Source of the DNA: an uncultured Muribaculum sp.
GTDB lineage: Bacteria; Bacteroidota; Bacteroidia; Bacteroidales; Muribaculaceae
DNA length: 64,000 nt
Direction: 5' to 3'
Assembly (NCBI GenBank): GCA_964562595.1
Contig: CAZLUB010000003.1
Span: 17,213-81,212 of the forward strand
The notes beneath the pieces are model-generated. The model searched no databases, was not told where the DNA came from, and saw only the letters and a program-made list of their open reading frames with translations. Of the stretch, positions 26,070-35,443 are shown piece by piece. The translations under genes and the position numbers were made by a program. The stretch's first letter is position 1, and the number at the start of each line of letters is the position of its first letter.

Positions 26070-28361
26070 TTACCTCCGCCGAGAACGAGTCTTGCCCTTA
26101 CTTTTTGACTTTGATTTCACTTTTGATGTTTTAGAAGAACGTTTCTTTGAAGAAACGTCTCTCAACGCCTCCTTTACCGAAACCGTTACTCCCATTTCAT
26201 CTTGGTCTTTACGCTCACATCGTTCATCGACAAGGACAAAGTCAAGTTGTTTGCGTTCGAGATTGGCCCGCGCCACCTTTACCTTGACGTTATCGCCAAG
26301 GCGATAACGGGTATTGTTGCGACGCCCTACCAAGCTGTAATTTTTTTCATCAAAGTCGTAATAATCGTCGGCCAAGTCGCGTACAGGCACAAGCCCTTCA
26401 CACTTATTTTCATTTAGCTCGACATACAATCCCCACTCGGTAACCCCCGAGATTACACCTTCGTATACCTCTCCCAAATGATCATTGAGATACTCGACCT
26501 GCTTATATTTAATCGATGCACGCTCGGCATTAGCCGCCAATTGCTCCATCGAGCTGGAATGCTTGCATTGTTCTTCAAGTTTGGCAACATTGACGCTACG
26601 ACCTCCCGACAGATAACGTTCGAGCAGGCGATGTACCATCATGTCGGGATAGCGACGAATCGGGGAAGTAAAATGTGTATAATAGTCAAATCCCAAGCCA
26701 TAATGCCCGATATTGACAGTCGTATAGATTGCCTTTGCCATTGAACGCACGGCAAGTGTCGACAATAGATTTTCCTCTCCTTTCCCTTTCACTTCTTGGA
26801 GCATGTGGTTGAGCGAGCGATTTATTTCTCTCGCCGACCCCGACTGCTTTACTTTATAGCCAAATGCGCGTGAAAGAGTCGCCAGATTGGACAATCGTTC
26901 TGAATCGGGTTCGTCATGCACACGATACACAAACGCTTTGGCCTTTTTCTTCCCCGCCGGCACGCCTATTGCGGCGGCCACGGTGCGGTTAGCCAGAAGC
27001 ATGAACTCCTCGATAAGTTTGTTAGCATCTTTCGACTCCTTAAAATACACTCCGACAGGATGTCCGGTTTCATCAATATCAAAACGCACCTCTACGCGGT
27101 CAAAATCCACCGAGCCGTTTTCATATCTGTCATTTCTCAAGACTTTAGCCAATCGGTCAAGAGTCAAAATTTCGTCTTTATAATCGCCTTGTCCGGTCTC
27201 GATAACAGTCTGGGCTTCCTCATATGTAAATCGGCGATTGCTCTTTATTACAGTGCGCGCAATGCGATAATTTACCACACGTGCATTGTCGTCCATTTCA
27301 AAAATTGCAGAAAATGCCAATTTTTCTTCATCAGGTCGCAATGAGCATATTCCATTACATAGATGCTCGGGAAGCATAGGGATAGTGCGATCCACCAAAT
27401 ACACCGACGTTGCACGCTTGTAGGCCTCTCGTTCAATTATCGAATCGGGCTTGACATAGTGGGTGACATCGGCAATATGCACCCCCACCTCCCATAGTCC
27501 GCCATCGAGTCGGCGTATCGACAACGCATCGTCAAAGTCTTTGGCATCTTTAGGATCGATAGTAAACGTCGTGACATCACGCATGTCTATTCGACGAGCA
27601 ATCTCCTCCGGTGTAATGCCGGCATCTATTTTTTGAGCCGCTTTATCAACGGCTTCAGGATAGACATAAGGCAAGCCATACTCAGCAAGGATGGCATGCA
27701 TCTCTGCATTATTATCGCCGTTCCTACCCAATATATCCACAACTTCACCGGTCGGATTCTTTGCATCTTCGGGCCAATCGGTGATGCGCACAATTGCTTT
27801 ATCGCCTGTCACGCCCCCTTTCAGTCGGTTGCGAGGAATAATAATGTCCGTTGCCAAAAATTTGGAATCGGTCAACAGATAGCCATAGTGCTTATTGTCT
27901 ACTTGCAATGCACCAATGAACACCTGATCGTTGCTCTCTACGATTTCAAGCACTTGCGCTTCAGGCTCGACGCCCTTTATACGCGCCGAGACAATTACTT
28001 TAACCTTGTCGCCATTGAGCGCATGTTTTGAATTGCGTTCAGCCACGAATATCGCCTCATCATCGCCATCGATAATCACACTATTTTTGCCATTACTACG
28101 ACGCACAAACACCCCGGTGGCAACGTTGCCGCGTTTGGGTATCTTATACTTCCCGGGAGTGACTTCAATCAATTCTCCATCAAACTCCAACTCAGCCAGT
28201 CGCATTGCTATTGCTTTTAGCAATTGCGGCGACTGCGCCCCCAACGCATAGGCGACTTGCTTATAATTAAATGTATTGTTGCCTTGCTGGTTAATGAAAC
28301 CATCAATTTGCTCATACAATTCCTTAATTGCCGAGCGACGTCCTTTCTTGGATGTTGCCAT
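26070..28361 (-). CDS. rnr: Ribonuclease R
   Basis: RNB motif 'DPKDAKDFDDALS', a C-terminal S1 domain and a Lys/Ser-rich tail. The start is set at ATG 28361 (MATSKKGRRS). Confidence 0.92.
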   Translation of the reverse strand: MATSKKGRRSAIKELYEQIDGFINQQGNNTFNYKQVAYALGAQSPQLLKAIAMRLAELEFDGELIEVTPGKYKIPKRGNVATGVFVRRSNGKNSVIIDGDDEAIFVAERNSKHALNGDKVKVIVSARIKGVEPEAQVLEIVESNDQVFIGALQVDNKHYGYLLTDSKFLATDIIIPRNRLKGGVTGDKAIVRITDWPEDAKNPTGEVVDILGRNGDNNAEMHAILAEYGLPYVYPEAVDKAAQKIDAGITPEEIARRIDMRDVTTFTIDPKDAKDFDDALSIRRLDGGLWEVGVHIADVTHYVKPDSIIEREAYKRATSVYLVDRTIPMLPEHLCNGICSLRPDEEKLAFSAIFEMDDNARVVNYRIARTVIKSNRRFTYEEAQTVIETGQGDYKDEILTLDRLAKVLRNDRYENGSVDFDRVEVRFDIDETGHPVGVYFKESKDANKLIEEFMLLANRTVAAAIGVPAGKKKAKAFVYRVHDEPDSERLSNLATLSRAFGYKVKQSGSAREINRSLNHMLQEVKGKGEENLLSTLAVRSMAKAIYTTVNIGHYGLGFDYYTHFTSPIRRYPDMMVHRLLERYLSGGRSVNVAKLEEQCKHSSSMEQLAANAERASIKYKQVEYLNDHLGEVYEGVISGVTEWGLYVELNENKCEGLVPVRDLADDYYDFDEKNYSLVGRRNNTRYRLGDNVKVKVARANLERKQLDFVLVDERCERKDQDEMGVTVSVKEALRDVSSKKRSSKTSKVKSKSKSKGKTRSRRR

Positions 28362-28425
28362 GCTTATGTAGTTAATAGGGTTGTTATCAACAGTCAACTA
28401 TCGTATCCGATAGTCAATGCAATAA

Positions 28426-30354
28426 TTACGCGTCGATATTGGCGTAGTTGGCATTTTCTTCAATAAAGTCACGACGAGGAGCCACATCTTCACCCATGAG
28501 CATGGAGAATATACGGTCAGCCTCTGCCGCATCACGAATATTCACCTGCTTAAGCATACGTTCTGCCGGAGACATTGTAGTGTCTCTAAGTTCTTGTGCA
28601 CTCATTTCGCCAAGACCTTTATAACGCATCACCTTTGTTCCCTGACCATACTTGTCGATAAATGCCTGAACCTGAGCTTCAGTCCAACAATATTCTTCAA
28701 CTTTTCCTCGTGTGCACTTGTACAATGGAGGAGTCGCAAGATACAAATATCCATTTTCGATGATAGGACGCATGCGACGGAAGAAGAATGTCATCAACAG
28801 CGTTGCTATGTGAGCGCCATCGACATCGGCATCAGTCATGATAATTATCTTGTGATAAGCCAATTTCTCCAAATTGACAGCCTTGGGATCTTCTTCGGTT
28901 CCTATTGTCACACGCATGGCGCGGAACAAACTGGTGATTTCTTGGTTGTCAAAGATTTTATGATCCATGGCCTTCTCCACATTGAGAATCTTGCCTCGCA
29001 ATGGAAGTATGGCCTGGAATGTACGGTCACGGCCTTGCTTTGCAGTACCGCCTGCCGAGTCTCCCTCGACTATAAACAATTCACAATCCTCAGCTGTTCG
29101 CGATGAACAATCAGCCAATTTGCCGGGGAGTCCGCCTCCACAAAGAGGTGATTTGCGTTGTACATTCTTTCGTGCATTATATGCGGCATGGCGTGCCGTA
29201 GCCGCAAGTATCACCTTGTCAACAATCAACTTGGCTTGACGAGGATGTTCCTCAAGATAGTTGCGTAATGCATCGCTCACAGCGGTCTGCACAGCACCAA
29301 TCACTTCACTGTTGCCAAGCTTGGTTTTGGTCTGTCCCTCAAATTGAGGCTCCATAACCTTTACCGATACTACAGCCGTCAACCCCTCTCGGAAGTCTTC
29401 GGGAGAGACGTCGACTTTGACCTTTTCCAACATCTTTGAGTCTTCGGCATATTTTTTCAACGTCATCGTTAAGCCTCGGCGAAATCCGGTGAGGTGTGTA
29501 CCTCCTTCAATCGTATTGATGTTGTTTACAAACGAATAAACATTTTCATTGTAAGTCGTATTGTAAGTCAAAGCCACTTCTACCGGAATGCCCTGACGCT
29601 CTGTATTGAGATGTATTACATCTTCTATCAAAGACTCCTTGCTTGAATCGATATATTGCACAAACTCCTCAAGCCCGGTTTCGCTATGAAACACTTCTCG
29701 ACGAGGATTTCCAGTTTCATCTACATTACGCAAATCGGTAAGGCTCAACGTGATACCGGCATTCAAAAATGCCAAATCACGTAGACGATTTGCCAACGTG
29801 TTATAATCATATACGGTCACCGTAAATATCGACTTATCAGGAAGGAATGTCACAGAAGTACCTGTATCTTGGCAGTCGCCTACGACCTTCAACTCAGTAG
29901 TCGGTTTTCCACAAGAATATTCCTGCATGTAGATTTTACCATCACGACGCACCTCGGCACGCAAATAGGTCGACAATGCATTAACGCAACTCACGCCTAC
30001 ACCATGTAGACCACCCGAAACTTTGTATGAGCCTTTGTCAAATTTACCACCTGCATGCAACACAGTCAACACCACCTCGAGAGCGCTCTTATGCTCCTTT
30101 TCGTGCATATCAACCGGGATACCACGACCGTTATCTATTACTGTTATCGAATTATCAACATTAATGGTAACATCGATATGAGTTGCATAGCCGGCCAACG
30201 CCTCATCTATAGAGTTGTCGACTACCTCATACACCAAGTGATGCAATCCTTTTGCACTTATATCACCAATATACATTGCAGGGCGCTTGCGCACTGCCTC
30301 CAAGCCTTCGAGCACTTGAATATTACTGGCACTATACTCTTCTTGTTCTGCCAT
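28426..30354 (-). CDS. gyrB: DNA gyrase subunit B
   Basis: 642 aa. GHKL 'LHHLVYEVVDNSIDEA' and 'GGLHGVGVSCVNA'; Toprim 'ELFIVEGDSAGG' and 'PLRGKILNVE'. The N-terminus 'IQVLEGLEAVRKRPAMYIGD' is GyrB-type rather than the Bacteroidota ParE type. Confidence 0.9.
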   Translation of the reverse strand: MAEQEEYSASNIQVLEGLEAVRKRPAMYIGDISAKGLHHLVYEVVDNSIDEALAGYATHIDVTINVDNSITVIDNGRGIPVDMHEKEHKSALEVVLTVLHAGGKFDKGSYKVSGGLHGVGVSCVNALSTYLRAEVRRDGKIYMQEYSCGKPTTELKVVGDCQDTGTSVTFLPDKSIFTVTVYDYNTLANRLRDLAFLNAGITLSLTDLRNVDETGNPRREVFHSETGLEEFVQYIDSSKESLIEDVIHLNTERQGIPVEVALTYNTTYNENVYSFVNNINTIEGGTHLTGFRRGLTMTLKKYAEDSKMLEKVKVDVSPEDFREGLTAVVSVKVMEPQFEGQTKTKLGNSEVIGAVQTAVSDALRNYLEEHPRQAKLIVDKVILAATARHAAYNARKNVQRKSPLCGGGLPGKLADCSSRTAEDCELFIVEGDSAGGTAKQGRDRTFQAILPLRGKILNVEKAMDHKIFDNQEITSLFRAMRVTIGTEEDPKAVNLEKLAYHKIIIMTDADVDGAHIATLLMTFFFRRMRPIIENGYLYLATPPLYKCTRGKVEEYCWTEAQVQAFIDKYGQGTKVMRYKGLGEMSAQELRDTTMSPAERMLKQVNIRDAAEADRIFSMLMGEDVAPRRDFIEENANYANIDA

Positions 30355-30447
30355 AGTTATAGTAGATTATCCTGTTTTATTTCAATCAATATTGCCTTAT
30401 TGTAAAACTCGCCCACACGACCTAGCGTATGCCCACAATAGAGCAAA

Positions 30448-30455
30448 CAAAGATA
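30448..30455 (-). promoter_or_regulatory. -7 box TATCTTTG for gyrB
   Basis: The + strand reads CAAAGATA, about 94 nt upstream of ATG 30354. Confidence 0.45.
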
Positions 30456-30585
30456 CATATTTTTTTGCAGGCAGGCAAATTTTAAGTCGACTACTTATTT
30501 ATCGTTTTTGCATACTTTTCCACTCATAGAATCGGTTTTTTGTTAAAATTTCGTGCAAACTATTGCACATCTCGTCAAAAGGACC

Positions 30586-30593
30586 TACCTTTG
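30586..30593 (+). promoter_or_regulatory. -7 box TACCTTTG for tRNA-Pro
   Basis: 18 nt upstream of the mature tRNA 5' end. Confidence 0.55.
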
Positions 30594-30610
30594 CAACGCA
30601 ATTTAAAAAT

Positions 30611-30685
30611 CGGGGTGTAGCTCAGCCAGGTTAGAGTACGCGTCTGGGGGGCGTGTGGTCGGAAGTTCGAATCTTCTCACCCCGA
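30611..30685 (+). tRNA. tRNA-Pro (anticodon GGG)
   Basis: Hand-folded cloverleaf. Acceptor CGGGGTG/CACCCCG, anticodon loop CT-GGG-GG with G37, T-loop TTCGAAT. 75 nt, with no encoded CCA. Confidence 0.88.
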
Positions 30686-30693
30686 CTTAAGAC

Positions 30694-30731
30694 AAGAGAC
30701 ATAGGAATCAGCGCCCATGTCTCTTTTTTTT
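30694..30731 (+). terminator. Rho-independent terminator after tRNA-Pro
   Basis: AAGAGACAT (30694-30702) is complementary to ATGTCTCTT (30717-30725), running into a T tract that ends at 30731. Confidence 0.8.
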
Positions 30732-30828
30732 ACACCCACACAACGCATTCGCTAACACAGGGAGTGACATTTTGCAACACAACACACTATTTAACACAAC
30801 TGCGCCAAGCGTTTCAAAAACAATTTAC

Positions 30829-30836
30829 TATATTTG
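30829..30836 (+). promoter_or_regulatory. -7 box TATATTTG for glnA
   Basis: 33 nt upstream of ATG 30869. Confidence 0.5.
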
Positions 30837-30868
30837 ACGCCAAACTTAAACCTAAACAATGATTAACA

Positions 30869-32368
30869 ATGCAACAAAATAGCATCACGCCCAACCCCAT
30901 CGCCGCACACATCGGCAAATCGGCAATTGAATTTACCAAAGACGACATCGTAAGATACATACATGAAAACGGCATCAGAATGATTAATTTTATGTATCCC
31001 GCCGCCGATGGCCGACTCAAAACCCTAAACTTTGTAATAACCAGTGACAACCACCTTGACTCCATTTTGACTTGTGGCGAACGTGTTGATGGGTCAAGTC
31101 TGTTCCCATTCATAGAGGCAGGCAGCAGCGACCTTTACGTAGTACCTCGCTTTCGCACAGCCTTTCTTGACCCTTTTGCCGAGATTCCCACTGTAACAAT
31201 GCTTTGTTCCTACTTTGACAAAGACGGCAACCCACTCGAGAGTTCACCCGAGCACACGCTCTACAAGGCGTGCAAAGCATTTCGCGATGTCACCGGCATG
31301 GACTTCCAAGCAATGGGAGAATTGGAATATTATGTAATAGCACCTGACGACGGCACATTTACCGCCACCGACCAACGAGGTTACCACGAATCCGCTCCAT
31401 TTGCCAAATTTAACGACTTCCGCACAAAATGCATGGCTATGATAGCACAAGCCGGCGGACAAATCAAATATGGGCATTCTGAAGTTGGCAATTTTTCAAT
31501 CGACGGGAAAATATACGAACAGAATGAGATTGAATTTCTACCCGTGAATGCCGAAGACGCCGCCAACCAACTTGTTATAGCAAAGTGGATTATCCGTAAT
31601 CTCGCCCGTAAATCGGGATACAATGTAACATTTGCCCCAAAAATCACGACAGGGAAAGCCGGGTCGGGATTGCACATACACATGCGCATAGTTAAAGATG
31701 GGAAAAACCAGATGCTGTCAAACGGACAACTGTCGGAAACTGCTCGAAAAGCCATCGCCGGAATGATGGAACTTGCTCCGGCAATAACAGCGTTTGGCAA
31801 CACCAACCCTACTTCATATTTTCGCCTGGTACCTCATCAAGAAGCGCCCACCAACGTTTGCTGGGGCGACCGCAACCGTTCGGTGTTGGTAAGAGTTCCT
31901 TTGGGATGGACCGCCAAAGCCGACTTATGTCGCTTGGCCAATCCTCTTGAAGCTCCATCAACCTATGACACATCACAAAAACAGACCGTAGAAATGCGTT
32001 CTCCCGATGGCTCCGCCGACCTATACCATCTCATTGCCGGTCTTGCCGTAGCATGCCGACACGGCTGGGAGATGGACAATGCTTTGGAATTAGCCGAAAA
32101 AACATATGTCAATGTGAACATACACGATAAAGCAAACGCCAATAGACTTGCATCATTAAAGCAACTGCCCGATAGTTGCGCCGCCTCGGCTGATTGCCTT
32201 GAAATGCAACGCGATGTGTTTGAATCGCACGGCGTATTCAGTCCTGCGACAATCGACGGCATCATCAAACGCCTTCGAGGCTATAACGACCGCACTCTAC
32301 GCAAAGACATCGGAAATGACCCATCGGAAATGCTTTCTATTGTAAACAGATATATTAATTGCGGATAG
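30869..32368 (+). CDS. glnA: Glutamine synthetase family protein (~500-aa form)
   Basis: 499 aa. 'GSGLHIHMR' parallels the GS 'GSGMHxH' metal/ATP segment, and 'YGHSEVGN' parallels 'HHEV'. Confidence 0.8.
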   Translation: MQQNSITPNPIAAHIGKSAIEFTKDDIVRYIHENGIRMINFMYPAADGRLKTLNFVITSDNHLDSILTCGERVDGSSLFPFIEAGSSDLYVVPRFRTAFLDPFAEIPTVTMLCSYFDKDGNPLESSPEHTLYKACKAFRDVTGMDFQAMGELEYYVIAPDDGTFTATDQRGYHESAPFAKFNDFRTKCMAMIAQAGGQIKYGHSEVGNFSIDGKIYEQNEIEFLPVNAEDAANQLVIAKWIIRNLARKSGYNVTFAPKITTGKAGSGLHIHMRIVKDGKNQMLSNGQLSETARKAIAGMMELAPAITAFGNTNPTSYFRLVPHQEAPTNVCWGDRNRSVLVRVPLGWTAKADLCRLANPLEAPSTYDTSQKQTVEMRSPDGSADLYHLIAGLAVACRHGWEMDNALELAEKTYVNVNIHDKANANRLASLKQLPDSCAASADCLEMQRDVFESHGVFSPATIDGIIKRLRGYNDRTLRKDIGNDPSEMLSIVNRYINCG

Positions 32369-32416
32369 TCTACCGGAATTTTACATTAAATTCAACCACA
32401 TACTTGTAAAATTCAC

Positions 32417-32424
32417 TATCTTTG
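32417..32424 (+). promoter_or_regulatory. -7 box TATCTTTG for rpiB
   Basis: 26 nt upstream of ATG 32450. Confidence 0.5.
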
Positions 32425-32449
32425 TAAAAACTAATAAACCGATTGATAT

Positions 32450-32902
32450 ATGTCAATACTGAAAGAAGGCAAAAAAATAGCTATCTGCAGCGACCACGCA
32501 GGATATGAACTCAAATGCATCATAGAAGGTTATCTTGAGTCCCAAGGCATTGAATATTGCGATTTTGGCACATTCAGTGCCGATAGTTGCGACTACCCCG
32601 ACTTTGCCCACCCTTGTGCACAAGCCGTCGAGTCGGGACTTGCCTATCCCGGAATAGGCATTTGCGGCAGCGGCAATGGCATCAACATGACCCTAAACAA
32701 GCATCAAGGCATACGCTCCGCTTTATGTTGGGATGTAGAGTTGGCTCGTCTTGCTCGTGCTCACAACGACGCCAACGTTTTGGTGATGCCGGCTCGTTTC
32801 ATAGAGCCAACCGTAGCTTTGGCTATCGTTGATGAATTTTTGAATACCAATTTTGACGGGGGGCGTCACCAAGCTCGCATAGACAAAATTCCAACAAAAT
32901 AG
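32450..32902 (+). CDS. rpiB: Ribose 5-phosphate isomerase B
   Basis: 150 aa. 'IAICSDHAGYELK' and 'GICGSGNGI' are RpiB/LacAB signatures. Confidence 0.9.
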   Translation: MSILKEGKKIAICSDHAGYELKCIIEGYLESQGIEYCDFGTFSADSCDYPDFAHPCAQAVESGLAYPGIGICGSGNGINMTLNKHQGIRSALCWDVELARLARAHNDANVLVMPARFIEPTVALAIVDEFLNTNFDGGRHQARIDKIPTK

Positions 32903-32964
32903 AGTGTTATAGCACACTTCTGATTATTGTTTGAAGAAACTTCACATAATAACCCATGCATCTA

Positions 32965-33525
32965 TCAAAGTAACTGCTCGATGATGCGTGGGTAATGTTC
33001 ATATTCAAGTTTATGCACTCTCTCAGCGAGCAGTTCTACCGTGTCACATACCAACACCGGGCACTTGGCTTGAAATAAGATCTCACCTCCATCCACATCT
33101 GCCGTCACGCGATGTATCGTGATTCCCGACTCCGCCTCTCCACTTTCAAGAACTGCTTGATGCACATGCTTTCCCCACATGCCTCTACCGCCGTGACGAG
33201 GCAACAACGACGGGTGAATATTCACGATGCGCTGATCATAGGCTTTCAATATCGGCATGGCAATGTAACATAGAAATCCGGCAAGCACTACAAAATCCGC
33301 TCCTAAATTCCTAAGCCTCGTAATTATTATTTCTCCATCAGCCCATTCTTCTCGCGAGAATGTTTCAGTCGGGATTCCCAACTTGGCCATTCGCGTATGT
33401 ACTTGAGCATCGCTCCTATTGGACAACACTGCTACAACAGCCACGTCTTTATTTTGTGCAAAATAATTTACGATTGCTTCGGCATTTGTTCCACTTCCCG
33501 ATGCAAATATCACAATCCGTTTCAT
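32965..33525 (-). CDS. purN: Phosphoribosylglycinamide formyltransferase
   Basis: 186 aa. 'IVIFASGSGTNAEAI' and 'NIHPSLLPRHGG'. Confidence 0.92.
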   Translation of the reverse strand: MKRIVIFASGSGTNAEAIVNYFAQNKDVAVVAVLSNRSDAQVHTRMAKLGIPTETFSREEWADGEIIITRLRNLGADFVVLAGFLCYIAMPILKAYDQRIVNIHPSLLPRHGGRGMWGKHVHQAVLESGEAESGITIHRVTADVDGGEILFQAKCPVLVCDTVELLAERVHKLEYEHYPRIIEQLL

Positions 33526-33528
33526 CTA

Positions 33529-35355
33529 TTAAAACTTCTGCATGTCGACAAGGCGCTTGTAATGACGATTCAAGGCCAATAATTCTTCATGTGTTCCCGA
33601 TTCTACAATACGTCCTTCATGCATCACGCATATAATATCGGCATTTTTGATTGTTGACAAACGGTGAGCGATAACCAACGTCGTACGATTACGCATCAAT
33701 CGCTCAAGAGCTTCTTGAACCACCTTTTCACTTTCGCTGTCAAGAGCCGACGTCGCTTCATCAAGAATCAAAATAGGCGGATTTTTAAGTATTGCCCGCG
33801 CTATCGATACTCGTTGACGCTGACCACCCGACAATCGGCATCCCCTGTCTCCTATACAAGTATCATAGCCATCTTCCGATGCCACTATAAACTCATGAGC
33901 ATTGGCTATCTTAGCGGCCTCAACCACTTGTTGCATTGTAGCATCCTTTACTCCAAAGGTAATGTTGTTATAAAACGAATCATTAAACAATATCGCTTCT
34001 TGGTTGACATTACCCATCAATGCGCGCAAATCGTATACCTTCATATCACGCACATCCACACCGTCAATCTTTATTGCTCCCTTGTCTACATCATAAAAAC
34101 GTGGCAATAAATCTGCCAATGTAGATTTGCCCGAGCCCGACTGCCCGACTATAGCCACAGTTGCTCCGGCCGGAACATGCAACGTCACATTGTCGATAAC
34201 CGGCACCTGACTGTAACTGAATGTGACATTTTCATAATCGATTACGCCTTTCAAATCGGTAATTTGGCGAGGGTTCGCCGGATCTTTTATCGGATTATCT
34301 GCATTGAGAATCCTATCGACACGTTCCATCGACGCCAGTCCTTTCTGTATCGAATACACGGCTTTAGAAAGATCCTTTGCCGGGTTGATAATACTATAAA
34401 ATATCACCATATAATAGATAAACAACGGAGCATCTATCGACGAAGTTCCTCCTACAATCAACGTTCCCCCAAACCACAGCACTATGGCGATTGCCATGGT
34501 CCCCAAAAATTCACTCATCGGATGAGCCAAAGCCTGACGACGAGCGACGCTATTACTTATGCGATAAAACGTCTGATTTTCACGATGGAATCGACTTTTA
34601 ACCTTATTTTCGGCATTGAACGCCTTGATAATACGCAATCCGCCAAGAGTCTCTTCGATATTTGACATCAACACGCCCCACTGCGTTTGTCCTTCAAAAG
34701 ATTGACGCTTCAGACGTTTTCCGACACGTCCCATAACCAATCCGGCCAATGGCAATAGCACAAGCACAAACACCGTCAACTGCCAAGAAATGGTTATCAT
34801 CATGACCAAGCATACAATAATCATTATAGGATTTTTAAACAGCATATCAAGCGATGCCATTATCGAATTTTCAATTTCTGCCACGTCTCCGGTCATACGA
34901 GCCATCACATCGCCTTTGCGAGCATCAGTAAAAAAAGATATTGGCAAACAAGTTATCTTATCATACATAAAGTTGCGTATATCTCTGACAATTCCGGAGC
35001 GCATAGGCACAATGAAATAAGAACTCAAATAAGTGGTGCCGGTCTTCAAGGCCGTCATAAACACGAGCAATGCCGCCAATCCGGCAAGGGCGCCACTTTG
35101 CCCCCACTGCTCAATCATCACTTGTGTATAATAGTAAAAATTATTTATCGCAACATCTTTTGCCGAGCCGCTTCCCCATTCCATAAAAACGTATTCGACA
35201 TCCTTGATTTTAAAAAGCATTTCAAGAATGGGGATAATTACTGCAAACGAGAAAAGCGTCAAAAACGACGCAAGTATATTAAATACAATATTTAATGCAA
35301 GATACCTCTTGTAAGGAGGTACAAAACGCCTTACTATCTTAAAAAAATCTTTCAT
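33529..35355 (-). CDS. ABC exporter, fused permease/ATPase (MsbA-like lipid exporter)
   Basis: Six-TM N-domain. Walker A 'GQSGSGKST', signature 'LSGGQRQR', Walker B 'ILILDEATSALD'. The start is set at ATG 35355 (MKDFFKIV). Confidence 0.88.
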   Translation of the reverse strand: MKDFFKIVRRFVPPYKRYLALNIVFNILASFLTLFSFAVIIPILEMLFKIKDVEYVFMEWGSGSAKDVAINNFYYYTQVMIEQWGQSGALAGLAALLVFMTALKTGTTYLSSYFIVPMRSGIVRDIRNFMYDKITCLPISFFTDARKGDVMARMTGDVAEIENSIMASLDMLFKNPIMIIVCLVMMITISWQLTVFVLVLLPLAGLVMGRVGKRLKRQSFEGQTQWGVLMSNIEETLGGLRIIKAFNAENKVKSRFHRENQTFYRISNSVARRQALAHPMSEFLGTMAIAIVLWFGGTLIVGGTSSIDAPLFIYYMVIFYSIINPAKDLSKAVYSIQKGLASMERVDRILNADNPIKDPANPRQITDLKGVIDYENVTFSYSQVPVIDNVTLHVPAGATVAIVGQSGSGKSTLADLLPRFYDVDKGAIKIDGVDVRDMKVYDLRALMGNVNQEAILFNDSFYNNITFGVKDATMQQVVEAAKIANAHEFIVASEDGYDTCIGDRGCRLSGGQRQRVSIARAILKNPPILILDEATSALDSESEKVVQEALERLMRNRTTLVIAHRLSTIKNADIICVMHEGRIVESGTHEELLALNRHYKRLVDMQKF

Positions 35356-35360
35356 GGCTG

Positions 35361-35368
35361 CAAAGATA
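35361..35368 (-). promoter_or_regulatory. -7 box TATCTTTG only 5 nt upstream of the MsbA-like ATG
   Basis: The + strand reads CAAAGATA. This implies a leaderless or near-leaderless mRNA. Confidence 0.4.
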
Positions 35369-35443
35369 CGACATTTTCCCAAATACCTTTGCAGTCCATG
35401 AAAGTTAAACTATCTACATGCGATATTTCACGCACTATTTATA

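Noticed and set aside
28594-29106. 170-aa + strand ORF. Similar 140-160-aa ORFs occur at 26916-27344, 33664-34110, 34177-34665 and 35666-36154.
   Set aside because: All are antisense to strongly supported long genes (gyrB, rnr, the MsbA-like exporter, GH31), with no motifs or promoter boxes.
28426-30354. Calling this type IIA topoisomerase B subunit ParE because parC is in the same window
   Set aside because: The N-terminus (IQVLEGLEAVRKRPAMYIGD...) and overall motifs match the GyrB form in Bacteroidota. parC is 13 kb away on the other strand, so no operon link exists.
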